Under the pieces are notes generated by a model that saw only the letters and a program-made list of their open reading frames with translations, ran no database searches and was not told the DNA's origin. The position numbers and the translations under genes were made by a program. From NCBI RefSeq assembly GCF_001457595.1, contig NZ_LN831039.1:1020001-1052000 (forward strand): a DNA stretch of 32,000 nt. Reading direction: 5' to 3'. The DNA is from Mycolicibacterium smegmatis (GTDB taxonomy: Bacteria > Actinomycetota > Actinomycetes > Mycobacteriales > Mycobacteriaceae). Below are positions 19,517 to 27,921 of the stretch, in pieces; the first letter of the stretch is position 1, and every line of letters starts with the position of its first letter.

Positions 19517-20452
19517 TCAGATCCCCGCGAAGCAGGGATCCTCTTCGCCCTTGGGCATCGCGGCGTTCTGCGTCGAGAACCGGGCGACCACACCGCTGTC
19601 GGTGACCTGCACCGAATCCGCGTGGATACCCATCGGGTAGTTCTCGGTCAGCTGCGAGGTGAAGCTGTCCAGGATGGGCTGCAGCGTCTCGCGCGGCCAG
19701 GACAGGCCGATCGCGCTGAGCTCGGTGATCTGCAGTGACAGGCCCTTGTTGACCACGCGCGGGCGCGCGGTGATGGTGCCGATGAGCCCCTTGAGCTCGA
19801 TGGTGCCCGCCGACGGATTGGTCTTGACGTCGGAGATCGCCGAACCGATGAACGGCAGCTGCACCATGTCGGCCACGGTCTGCCGGATGCCTTCGGTGGA
19901 CCACGTGATGTCGGCGTTGAGCGAGCCGACCGTGCCGGTCGAGGTCGGCGTGTCCTCAAGGCGGACATCGCGGATGTCCAGCGCGACCTTCATGCCCTTG
20001 GCCTCGCGGATCTGGTTGCCCGCGGTCTCGATGTTGATGTTGGTGTAGTGACCCGACATGTGCTGCAGCAGGAACGGCGGCAGCGGGTCGAACGACGCCT
20101 TCACATCGTCCTCGACGACGCACGAGACGATCCCGGCGACGATGCTGTCGGCGCGGTTGCGCGCGTACAGCTCACCGCCGAGTACGCCCGCGACCACCAG
20201 CGCCAGCACGATCACCACCACCAGCACCACCGACAGCGGGTCGGACAGCAGGCTCTTGACCTTCGACTTGGGAGACGAGCCCTTGGGCGGCTCGGCAGGT
20301 GCTCCGGGCTGCACCGGCTGGCCGGGCGCGCCTGCGTGCGGCGGTGCGCCGGGCGGCGTCGGCTGGGGGTCCTGCGGGGGCAGACCCGGCTGGGGCTGCG
20401 GCGATGATGCTTGCGGGGCCTGGTCGGTGGGTCGAGCCCAGGGATCGGTCAC
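19517..20452 (-). CDS. DUF2993 (LmeA-like) membrane-anchored protein with Pro-rich N-terminus
   Basis: 311 aa with a GTG start. A Pro/Gln-rich N-terminal tail is followed by one TM helix (LSVVLVVVIVLALVVAGVLGG). It sits at the Rv0479c position. Confidence 0.7.
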   Translation of the reverse strand: MTDPWARPTDQAPQASSPQPQPGLPPQDPQPTPPGAPPHAGAPGQPVQPGAPAEPPKGSSPKSKVKSLLSDPLSVVLVVVIVLALVVAGVLGGELYARNRADSIVAGIVSCVVEDDVKASFDPLPPFLLQHMSGHYTNINIETAGNQIREAKGMKVALDIRDVRLEDTPTSTGTVGSLNADITWSTEGIRQTVADMVQLPFIGSAISDVKTNPSAGTIELKGLIGTITARPRVVNKGLSLQITELSAIGLSWPRETLQPILDSFTSQLTENYPMGIHADSVQVTDSGVVARFSTQNAAMPKGEEDPCFAGI

Positions 20453-20512
20453 GCCAGCGATTGTGCCTTACCGGGCTGAGCAACCTGTGAGCGACTTGAT
20501 GTCCACCGAGGT

Positions 20513-21310
20513 TCAGCTGAGCCCCGCCAGCGCCGACCGGTTGTCCAGAATGGCGACGGTGTCCCTGACGCGCGTCGCGGCGTCGAGGTCGATGTCGACG
20601 GTCAGCAGCTCGGGTTCGGCGCCCGCGGAGGCCAGCACATCCCCGGTGGGGGAGGCGACCAGGCTTCCGCCGACACCCGTGGGGCCGGCCTTGGCGATCT
20701 CGTCACCGGGATAGGCCTGATCGACCGCGGCGATGTAACCGGTCGTGTCGAGTGCCCTGGCGCGCGCGAGCAGCGTCCACTGATCCAGCTTGCCTGGCCC
20801 GGAGCCCCACGACGCGTGGACCGTGATCAGCTGGGCACCGCGACGCGCGAGCTCGACGTACAACTCGGGGAAACGGATGTCGTAACACGTGGTGATGCCG
20901 ACCGGCGCGCCGTCGACGGTGATCGTCGTCGGCGTGAAACCCGGTGCGACGGTGCGTGATTCGGTGAAACCGAACGCGTCGTACAGGTGGATCTTGTGGT
21001 AGTGGGTGTCCACGCCCGCGCCCGCGGCGATCAGCGTGTTGGTGACGCGGCCGTCGTCGCTCGGCGAGAACATGCCCGCGACCACCACCACACCGGCACG
21101 CGCTGCGATGTCGCGCACGGCGCGCGCCCACGGCCCGTCGAGCGGTTGGGCCACCGGGCCCAGCGGCACCCCGAACCGGCACATCGTGGCCTCGGGGAAC
21201 AGCACCAGTCGCGCGCCGTGGCCGGCGGCGCGCCGGGTGTAGGACTCGACCAGCTCCAGATTCGACGACGGGTCCGTACCGGTGGTGATCTGGGCGAGAG
21301 CGATCCGCAT
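20513..21310 (-). CDS. carbon-nitrogen hydrolase (nitrilase superfamily) amidohydrolase
   Basis: The Glu-Lys-Cys triad contexts are present: LVLFPE, HKIHLYD and TTCYDIRFPE. ATG 21310 is preceded by GGAG; the track starts one codon earlier at GTG 21313. It sits at the Rv0480c position. Confidence 0.88.
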   Translation of the reverse strand: MRIALAQITTGTDPSSNLELVESYTRRAAGHGARLVLFPEATMCRFGVPLGPVAQPLDGPWARAVRDIAARAGVVVVAGMFSPSDDGRVTNTLIAAGAGVDTHYHKIHLYDAFGFTESRTVAPGFTPTTITVDGAPVGITTCYDIRFPELYVELARRGAQLITVHASWGSGPGKLDQWTLLARARALDTTGYIAAVDQAYPGDEIAKAGPTGVGGSLVASPTGDVLASAGAEPELLTVDIDLDAATRVRDTVAILDNRSALAGLS

Positions 21311-21319
21311 CACTCCAGC

Positions 21320-22096
21320 CTAATTCTTCAGGGGCGCGATGGTCTGCCAGCTGACCGTGAGGACCCCGTCGCGCATCCGCCGCCGCGGCGGCTGCACACC
21401 GAAGCCCTCGTCACGCAACAACTCCAGCATCGCGCGCCAGCGCACGCGCGGACCGAACACGCCGTGCCCGGCCACGCTGGCCCACGCCCGGTCGGCGGCC
21501 GTGAGCAACGTGTGGATGGGCTGGCCGGCGACGTTGTGGTGGATCAGCACCTTGGGCAGGCGTTCGGCGAGGTCGGACGGGCGCTCGATGGCGAACGGGT
21601 CGCACGCGAGGGTCAGGCTCACCGGGCCGTCGGCGTCGAGCAGCACCCAGCAGCATCGTCGCCCCAGCTCGTCGCACGTGCCGTCGACGATCAGCCCACC
21701 CGGTGAGAGCTGCCGGCGCATGGTGGCCCAGGCGTCGGGCACCGCCTCGACGGGATACTGGCGCAGCACGTTGAACGCCCGCACCAGCACCGGCCGCAAC
21801 CCGGCCAGTTCGAACCCGCCGAGCGCGAACTGCACCGTCGGGGCGGCCAGCGCCCGGGCGGTCGCGACGCGTTCCGGATGGATCTCCAGGCCCACGACCC
21901 GCAGGTCGGCCCGCACGATCTGCAGCCGCGACGCGAGCTCGAGGGTGGTGATGGGCAACGCGCCGTATCCGAGGTCGATCACCAGGGGATCGCTCGCGCT
22001 GCGCAGCGCCGTGCGGACGCGCGGTTCGTGGACCAGCCAGCGGTCGCTGCGACGCAACCGGTTGTAACCGGTGGTGCCGCGGGTGACGGCGCCCAC
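21320..22096 (-). CDS. putative class I SAM-dependent methyltransferase (divergent motif I)
   Basis: 258 aa. It has the motif I-like VIDLGYG, an acidic post-I GLEI and AFNVLRQY. The GTG start lies 4 nt after the upstream DUF2505 stop. The fold assignment is from motif recognition only. Confidence 0.6.
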   Translation of the reverse strand: MGAVTRGTTGYNRLRRSDRWLVHEPRVRTALRSASDPLVIDLGYGALPITTLELASRLQIVRADLRVVGLEIHPERVATARALAAPTVQFALGGFELAGLRPVLVRAFNVLRQYPVEAVPDAWATMRRQLSPGGLIVDGTCDELGRRCCWVLLDADGPVSLTLACDPFAIERPSDLAERLPKVLIHHNVAGQPIHTLLTAADRAWASVAGHGVFGPRVRWRAMLELLRDEGFGVQPPRRRMRDGVLTVSWQTIAPLKN

Positions 22097-22100
22097 CGGC

Positions 22101-22616
22101 TTAGGAGTGCTGGGCGAGCCAGTCAGCGGTGAACGCCTCCTCCAGCGTCAGCAGGTTCTTCATGGATTCGAGGACCAGGTCCTCGAGCTTTCCGCCGACC
22201 AGCGGCACCGACACCTTGGCACGGCCGGTAACCACGAGCCGGCTGCCCGTGGAGGTCCCGATGAGCGCATAGGTGCCGTCGAGGCGGCCCGGGGTGCGCG
22301 GCACCGTCGCCTCGAAGTGACCCGCGGCGGTGCCGTTGACGGCGTTGAACGCGGTGAAGTGCTGGTGGCGCTCGATGACCATGTCGACCGGGATCACCTT
22401 GCGCACGATCCCGGGCAGCTCCGAGCGGGTCAGCACCTGGCGGAACGAGACGTCGATGCCGTCGTCGCCCGAGGTGAACGCGGTGATCTCCGACTCCTGC
22501 GTGTGTTCGCGGTAGCGGGCCATCATCGCCTGCCAGTAGTCCTCGCCCGCGAAGGCCGCGAACACCGCCTCAGGCGGTGCGGTGAACGCCATTGGGTGTT
22601 CGCGGCGGCGGCTCAT
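22101..22616 (-). CDS. DUF2505 (SRPBCC-like) family protein, copy 1
   Basis: 171 aa. It shares the blocks GGIDV, QVLxRxxLPGxV and VPLVGGKxE with the adjacent 168 aa paralog. It is Rv0481c-like. Confidence 0.65.
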   Translation of the reverse strand: MSRRREHPMAFTAPPEAVFAAFAGEDYWQAMMARYREHTQESEITAFTSGDDGIDVSFRQVLTRSELPGIVRKVIPVDMVIERHQHFTAFNAVNGTAAGHFEATVPRTPGRLDGTYALIGTSTGSRLVVTGRAKVSVPLVGGKLEDLVLESMKNLLTLEEAFTADWLAQHS

Positions 22617-22638
22617 GGATTCGACGCTACGGCAGTAA

Positions 22639-23145
22639 TCAGGCGTTCTCGGTGATCCACACCGTGGTGAAGCGTTGTTCGGCGACCAGCAGGTCCACGA
22701 GCTGGCTGCCGATGAAGTTCTCGATCTTGCCGCCGACGAGCGGCACCCGCACCTCGACCGTGGTGCGCACCGACAGGCGTGCGCCCGCGCCCGACGGTTC
22801 GAGCGCCATGGTCCCGGTCAGCGACACCGGCGCCCCTGGAATCGACCCCGCGACCTTGCCGCTGGTCCGCCCGTCGCGGACCGGCTGCCACGTCTCCTCG
22901 CGGCGGATGCTCAGGTCGCCGGGATGGAACTGCGACACCAGCCCGGGTAGCCGATCCGAGCGCAGCACCTGCGTGGTCACCACGTCGATACCGCCGTCGG
23001 CGTCGACGGTCAGGGTGTCCAGGATCGCCTCGTCGGCTCCGGAATCGGCGAGCCGCGCCCGCCAGTAGCGTTCGTCACCGAACGCCCGGAGCACCTGTTC
23101 GACGCTGCCGTCGTACTCGGTGGCCATGTCGAATGATCGCGGCAT
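22639..23145 (-). CDS. DUF2505 (SRPBCC-like) family protein, copy 2
   Basis: 168 aa. It is a paralog of 22101..22616, sharing roughly a third of positions by eye. It is the first gene of the minus-strand cluster. Confidence 0.65.
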   Translation of the reverse strand: MPRSFDMATEYDGSVEQVLRAFGDERYWRARLADSGADEAILDTLTVDADGGIDVVTTQVLRSDRLPGLVSQFHPGDLSIRREETWQPVRDGRTSGKVAGSIPGAPVSLTGTMALEPSGAGARLSVRTTVEVRVPLVGGKIENFIGSQLVDLLVAEQRFTTVWITENA

Positions 23146-23153
23146 AGCTGGTC

Positions 23154-23163
23154 AGGCTACCGT
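23154..23163. promoter_or_regulatory. overlapping -10-like TANNNT hexamers on both strands in the 26-bp murB/DUF2505 divergent spacer
   Basis: On the plus strand, TACCGT (23158-23163) lies 8 nt before the murB GTG at 23172. On the minus strand, TAGCCT (complement of 23154-23159) lies 8 nt before the ATG at 23145. Confidence 0.35.
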
Positions 23164-23171
23164 TAGCGGCC

Positions 23172-24263
23172 GTGGCCAGTTCGCATGTTGCCGGCGTGGA
23201 GATCGCGGAGGCGGTTCCGCTGGCCCCGCTGACCACGCTGCGGATCGGGCCCGTGGCGCGGCGGATGCTCACATGCACCAGCACCGAACAGCTCATCGGG
23301 GTGTTGCGCGCACTGACCGCCGACGACGAGCCGCTGCTGATCCTCGCCGGCGGGTCCAACGTGGTGCTGGCCGACGACCTGACCGATCTCACGGTCGTGC
23401 GCATCGCCAACACCGAGATCACCGTCGACGGCGACCGTGTGCGTGCCGAGGCCGGCGCGCTGTGGGACGACGTCGTGGTGACCTCGCTCGCGCACGGCCT
23501 GGGCGGGCTGGAGTGCCTGTCGGGCATCCCCGGCTCGGCCGGTGCGACGCCGGTGCAGAACGTCGGCGCGTACGGCGCCGAGGTCGCCGACACCATCACA
23601 CGGGTGCGGCTGCTGGACCGTCGTACCGGTGAAGACCGTTGGGCGACAACCGAAGAGCTGCGCTTCGGATACCGCACGAGCGTGCTGAAACACTCCGACG
23701 CGGTCATCGTGCTCGAGGTCGAGTTCGGTCTGGACGCCGCGGGTCGCAGCGCCCCGGTGCGGTACCGCGAACTGGCGACGGCGCTGGGCGTGGAACCGGG
23801 GGAGCGCACCGACCCGCTGCGCGTGCGCGACGCCGTGCTGCGGCTGCGGACCGGCAAGGGCATGGTGGTCGACCCCGATCCGGACCATCCCGACCACGAC
23901 ACCTGGAGCGTCGGCTCGTTCTTCACCAACCCCGTCGTGACGCACGCCGACTTCGAGCGCGTCGAGCGCATCGCGCGCGATGCGGGCGCCGGGCCGGTGC
24001 CCAACTATCCCGCGCCGGACGGGGTGAAACTCGCCGCGGGCTGGCTCGTGGAGCGCGCGGGCTTCGGCAAGGGCTACCCCGGTGAGGGGGCGCGGGCACG
24101 GCTGTCCACCAAGCATGCGCTGGCGCTGACCAACCGCGGCCAGGCCACCACGGCCGACGTGATGGCCCTGGCAGGCACGGTCCGGGCGGGCGTGCTCGAC
24201 GTGTTCGGGATCGAACTCACACCAGAACCGATTCTGCTGGGGTGCGTGCTGTCGGTACCCTAG
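23172..24263 (+). CDS. murB: UDP-N-acetylenolpyruvoylglucosamine reductase
   Basis: 363 aa. It is near-collinear with Mtb MurB as I remember it ([57 protein letters not shown]). The GTG start at 23172 is supported by that alignment. Confidence 0.95.
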   Translation: MASSHVAGVEIAEAVPLAPLTTLRIGPVARRMLTCTSTEQLIGVLRALTADDEPLLILAGGSNVVLADDLTDLTVVRIANTEITVDGDRVRAEAGALWDDVVVTSLAHGLGGLECLSGIPGSAGATPVQNVGAYGAEVADTITRVRLLDRRTGEDRWATTEELRFGYRTSVLKHSDAVIVLEVEFGLDAAGRSAPVRYRELATALGVEPGERTDPLRVRDAVLRLRTGKGMVVDPDPDHPDHDTWSVGSFFTNPVVTHADFERVERIARDAGAGPVPNYPAPDGVKLAAGWLVERAGFGKGYPGEGARARLSTKHALALTNRGQATTADVMALAGTVRAGVLDVFGIELTPEPILLGCVLSVP

Positions 24264-24269
24264 ATCCAC

Positions 24270-25628
24270 GTGAGCCCCGCCGGTGATGACCAGGCCGAGA
24301 TATCGGCCGACAGACAGGCCCCAGCGCCGTTGATGAACCGGCGGCGCGCCCTGACGGCACTCGCGGTGGGCATGGGTGCAGGCGTGCTGGCCGCGTGCTC
24401 CGGCAAGACGCCGCTGAGCAGCCAGGACGAGCCCGAGGCCGCACCCGCCGAGCCGACGCTCAAGTACAGCCCCGAGCCCGACACCGTCGACGTACTGCCC
24501 ACGTCCGAAGTGGGCATCGAGATCTCCGACGGCTGGATCCAGAAGATCGCGCTGACCAACGCCTCGGGCAAGGTCGTCAGCGGCAGGCTCAACCAGGACC
24601 GCACGGCGTTCACCATCACCGAACCGCTCGGCTACGACGCCACCTACACCTGGTCCGGGTCGGTGGTCGGTGAGGACGGCAAGACCGTGCCCATCGAGGG
24701 CAAGTTCACCACGGTGACCCCGCAGACCCAGGTCAGCGGTCAATTCCAGCTCGCCGACGGCCAGGTGGTCGGCGTCGCCGCGCCGATCATCCTGCAGTTC
24801 GACGCCTCGATCGACGACCAGTACCGCGCCACCGTCGAACGGGCGCTCAGCGTCGTCACCGAACCGCCGGTCGAGGGCAGCTGGGCCTGGCTGCCCGACG
24901 AGGCCGCCGGATCGCGCGTGCACTGGCGCAGCCGCGAGTACTTCCCGGCCGGCACCAAGGTCCACGTCAAGGCGCCGCTGTACGGCGTCGAGTTCGGCGA
25001 CGGCGCCTACGGTGCGGCCGATGCCACCCTCGACTTCGAGATCGGGCGCAAGCAGGTGGTCAAGGCCGAGGCGTCGTCGCACCGCATCCAGGTGCTCGAC
25101 GGCGCGGGCGCGGTCATCATGGACTTCCCGTGCAGCTACGGCGAGGGCGACCTGGACCGCAACGTCACGCGCAGCGGCATCCACGTGGTCACCGAGAAGT
25201 ACGAGGACTTCTACATGACCAACCCCGCGGCCGGCTACGCCAACGTGCACGAGCGGTTCGCGGTGCGGATCTCCAACAACGGCGAGTTCATCCACTGCAA
25301 CCCGAACAGCATCGGCGCGCAGGGCAACACCAACGTCACCAACGGTTGCATCAACCTGAACCTGGAGAACTCACAGCAGTACTTCAACAGCGCCATCTAC
25401 GGCGACCCGGTAGAGGTCACCGGAACCCGCATCCAGCTGTCCTACGCCGACGGCGACATCTGGGACTGGGCCGTGGACTGGGACGAGTGGAAGTCGATGT
25501 CGGCGTTGTCCGATACGCGCGCGCCGTCCGACATCCCGGCGTCGGCGCCCGCGACGCCGAGCGACGCCCCGACGTTGTCGGGGACGCCGACGACAACGGC
25601 GCCGCCCGAGCCTGCGCCCGGCGGATAG
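24270..25628 (+). CDS. lprQ: L,D-transpeptidase-family lipoprotein (LprQ-like)
   Basis: 452 aa from GTG 24270. An alternative start at ATG 24333 gives [24 protein letters not shown], which has an RR motif and the lipobox LAAC. The YkuD domain is near the C-terminus. It sits at the Rv0483 position. Confidence 0.88.
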   Translation: MSPAGDDQAEISADRQAPAPLMNRRRALTALAVGMGAGVLAACSGKTPLSSQDEPEAAPAEPTLKYSPEPDTVDVLPTSEVGIEISDGWIQKIALTNASGKVVSGRLNQDRTAFTITEPLGYDATYTWSGSVVGEDGKTVPIEGKFTTVTPQTQVSGQFQLADGQVVGVAAPIILQFDASIDDQYRATVERALSVVTEPPVEGSWAWLPDEAAGSRVHWRSREYFPAGTKVHVKAPLYGVEFGDGAYGAADATLDFEIGRKQVVKAEASSHRIQVLDGAGAVIMDFPCSYGEGDLDRNVTRSGIHVVTEKYEDFYMTNPAAGYANVHERFAVRISNNGEFIHCNPNSIGAQGNTNVTNGCINLNLENSQQYFNSAIYGDPVEVTGTRIQLSYADGDIWDWAVDWDEWKSMSALSDTRAPSDIPASAPATPSDAPTLSGTPTTTAPPEPAPGG

Positions 25629-25650
25629 GTCCGGCGGCTAGGTCCGGCGG
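25626..25650. repeat. 12-bp direct repeat TAGGTCCGGCGG x2 (13-bp period) at the lprQ/SDR convergent junction
   Basis: The copies lie at 25626-25637 and 25639-25650. Copy 1 starts with the lprQ TAG stop. The SDR stop (CTA 25638-25640 on the plus strand) spans the 1-nt spacer and the first two bases of copy 2. Confidence 0.85.
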
Positions 25651-26387
25651 TTGAAGCGGCCGTTGGGCGCCTGATCGCGCGGCCGGATCACGATCTGGTC
25701 GAGGTTGACGTGCGACGGCCGTGACGCGACGAACCCGATGACCTCCGCGATGTCCTCGGCGACCAGCGGCGTGATGCCCTTGTAGACGTTGTCGGCGCGC
25801 TCCCGGTCGCCGTCGAAGCGCACCAGGGAGAACTCGGTCTCCACGGCTCCTGGCGCAATCTCGGTGAGCCGCACGGGTTTTCCGAGCAGTTCACCGCGCA
25901 GCGTGCGGTGCAGTGCGCCCTGGGCGTGCTTGGCCGCCGTGTAACCCGCCCCGCCGTCGTAGGTCTCGAACGCCGCGATCGAGGTGACCGTGACGATCAG
26001 CCCGTCGCCCGAGTCGACGAGCTTGGGCAGCAGGGCTCGGGTGACGCGTAATGTGCCCAGCACGTTGGTCTCCCACATCCAGCGCCAGTGGTCCAGGTCG
26101 GCGTCGGAGACCGGCGCGAGCCCCTTGGCGCCGCCGGCGTTGTTCACCAGCACGTCCACCCGGTCCAACTGCGCGGCCAGCGCGTTGACCGATTCGTCAT
26201 CTGTGACGTCCGCCACAACGGCGGTTCCGTCGATCTCCTTGGCGAGCGCGTCGATCCGGTCGGTCCGGCGAGCCGCGCAGATCACGTGAAAGCCCAGCGA
26301 GGCAAGGGTTTTCGCGGTTGCGGCGCCGATGCCGGCGCTGGCGCCGGTGACCACGGCGACCGGACGATCTGAGTGTGGTGTCGACAT
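25638..26387 (-). CDS. short-chain dehydrogenase/reductase (SDR) family oxidoreductase
   Basis: 249 aa. The cofactor motif TGASAGIGAA, NNAG and the catalytic YTAAK are present. It sits at the Rv0484c position. Confidence 0.9.
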   Translation of the reverse strand: MSTPHSDRPVAVVTGASAGIGAATAKTLASLGFHVICAARRTDRIDALAKEIDGTAVVADVTDDESVNALAAQLDRVDVLVNNAGGAKGLAPVSDADLDHWRWMWETNVLGTLRVTRALLPKLVDSGDGLIVTVTSIAAFETYDGGAGYTAAKHAQGALHRTLRGELLGKPVRLTEIAPGAVETEFSLVRFDGDRERADNVYKGITPLVAEDIAEVIGFVASRPSHVNLDQIVIRPRDQAPNGRFNRRT

Positions 26388-26452
26388 TCACCCAACTGTA
26401 GATGGCGTGCTAAGTTCACCTACGTGACCCGGAAGTCCCAGTCCTGTTTCGC

Positions 26453-26483
26453 GCAGTGTGCGTGTTGTTGTTGCGCACACTGC
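26453..26483 (+). promoter_or_regulatory. 10-bp perfect stem hairpin in the 192-bp SDR/ROK intergenic region
   Basis: GCAGTGTGCG (26453-26462) pairs with CGCACACTGC (26474-26483) around the loop TGTTGTTGTTG. Confidence 0.4.
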
Positions 26484-26579
26484 CGCGCCTGACTGCGCCC
26501 GGACGCCTTTTCCCGTCCTTGCTGAGTCGCCAGGTGTGGCCTCGAACCCACCAGCCGACAACCAGTGAGGACCAATCGC

Positions 26580-27911
26580 ATGACCGCCGCAATCGTCACC
26601 CCGGCCCCCCTCTCCACCACCGCTCGTCGCGCCCCGCGCGGTTCGGCTCGCGCCACCCGGTCGCTGCCGTCGGCCGGTGCCCGTCTGCCGCAGTCGCGAC
26701 TGCTGCACATCGTGGCGCCGTCGCTGAAGGTTCCCGACGCGGCCGCGGCCTCGGTGTTCAACGCCGTCCGCCTGCGCGGCCCGATCGCCCGTGATGTCAT
26801 CGCCCAGCACACCTCGCTGAGCATCGCGACCGTGAACCGCCAGGTCACGGCACTGCTTGAGGCCGGTGTGCTGCGTGAGCGCGCCGATCTCGCAGTGTCC
26901 GGCGCAATCGGTCGCCCGCGTGTCCCGGTCGAGGTCAACCACGAGCCCTACCTGACCCTCGGCGTGCACATCGGCGCCAAGACCACCGCGATCGTCGCCA
27001 CCGATCTGCTCGGCCGCACGCTCGACGTGGTCGAGACCCCGACGCCGACGGGGACGCAGGCCGCCGCGCTGGCCACCCTGGCCTCGAGCGCACGGCGCTA
27101 CCTGAGCCGCTGGCATCGTCGTCGTCCCCTGTGGGTCGGCGTCGCCGCAGGTGGTGTGGTCGACAGCGCCACCGGCTACCTCGATCACCCGCGGCTCGGC
27201 TGGGCCGACGCCCCGGTGGGCCCCGTGCTGGCCGAGGCCCTCGGCCTGCCGGTCTCGATGGCCTCGCACGTCGACGCGATGGCAGGCGCCGAACTGCTGC
27301 TGAGCGGCCGTCGCGCCGAGAACGCCGGCGGCGCATCGCGCACCAGCCTGTATGTCTACGCCCGCGAGACCGTCGGCTACGCGCTGTCCATCGACGGTCG
27401 CGTGCACTCCCCGGCCAGCGGGCCCGGCACCATCGCGGGCCTGCCCGCGCGCTCCGAACTGCTCGGCGGCACAGGACAACTCGAATCGACCGTGAGCGAC
27501 GAGGCCGTGCTCAACGCCGCGCGCCGGCTGCGTATCGTGCCTGCCGAAGGTCCGGCCTCGACCCTGCCCGCCGTGCTGCGCGCGGCGCGCGGCGGCAACG
27601 AGAAGGCCGTCGAACTCCTCGCCGACCGCGCCCGCGTGCTCGGCGAGGCCGTCGCGCTGCTGCGCGACATGCTCAACCCCGACGAACTGGTGGTCGGCGG
27701 TCAGGCCTTCACCGAGTACCCCGAGGGCATGGAAGCGGTCGAGGCCGCGTTCGCCGAGCGCTCGATGCTCGGCCCGCGCGATATCCGCCTGACCGCCTTC
27801 GGAAATCGGGTGCAGGAGGCCGGTGCCGGCGTCGTGTCGCTCGGCGGACTTTACGCCGACCCGATCGGCGCCATGAGGCGCGCTCAGACCCGCCGCGCTG
27901 CGGCGGTGTAG
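26580..27911 (+). CDS. ROK family transcriptional regulator
   Basis: This is the frame of track ORF 26565..27911. I prefer ATG 26580, which lies 8 nt after GAGGA. It has an N-terminal wHTH ([30 protein letters not shown]) followed by a ROK sugar-kinase-like fold. It sits at the Rv0485 position. Confidence 0.85.
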   Translation: MTAAIVTPAPLSTTARRAPRGSARATRSLPSAGARLPQSRLLHIVAPSLKVPDAAAASVFNAVRLRGPIARDVIAQHTSLSIATVNRQVTALLEAGVLRERADLAVSGAIGRPRVPVEVNHEPYLTLGVHIGAKTTAIVATDLLGRTLDVVETPTPTGTQAAALATLASSARRYLSRWHRRRPLWVGVAAGGVVDSATGYLDHPRLGWADAPVGPVLAEALGLPVSMASHVDAMAGAELLLSGRRAENAGGASRTSLYVYARETVGYALSIDGRVHSPASGPGTIAGLPARSELLGGTGQLESTVSDEAVLNAARRLRIVPAEGPASTLPAVLRAARGGNEKAVELLADRARVLGEAVALLRDMLNPDELVVGGQAFTEYPEGMEAVEAAFAERSMLGPRDIRLTAFGNRVQEAGAGVVSLGGLYADPIGAMRRAQTRRAAAV

Positions 27912-27921
27912 ACATGACGAT

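Noticed and set aside
22623-22632. A fifth copy of the hairpin-arm motif (GACGCTACGG) between the two DUF2505 genes
   Set aside because: Only 10 nt match, there is no inverted partner nearby, and the flanks are unrelated. I cannot separate this from a chance match without a genome-wide count.
23163-25295. 710 aa minus-strand ORF spanning murB and lprQ in antisense
   Set aside because: It is the longest ORF in the track, but it crosses two well-supported plus-strand genes and their junction. Its translation is a V/G/R/A/D/H-rich repeat-like sequence without domains. It is a GC-bias artefact.
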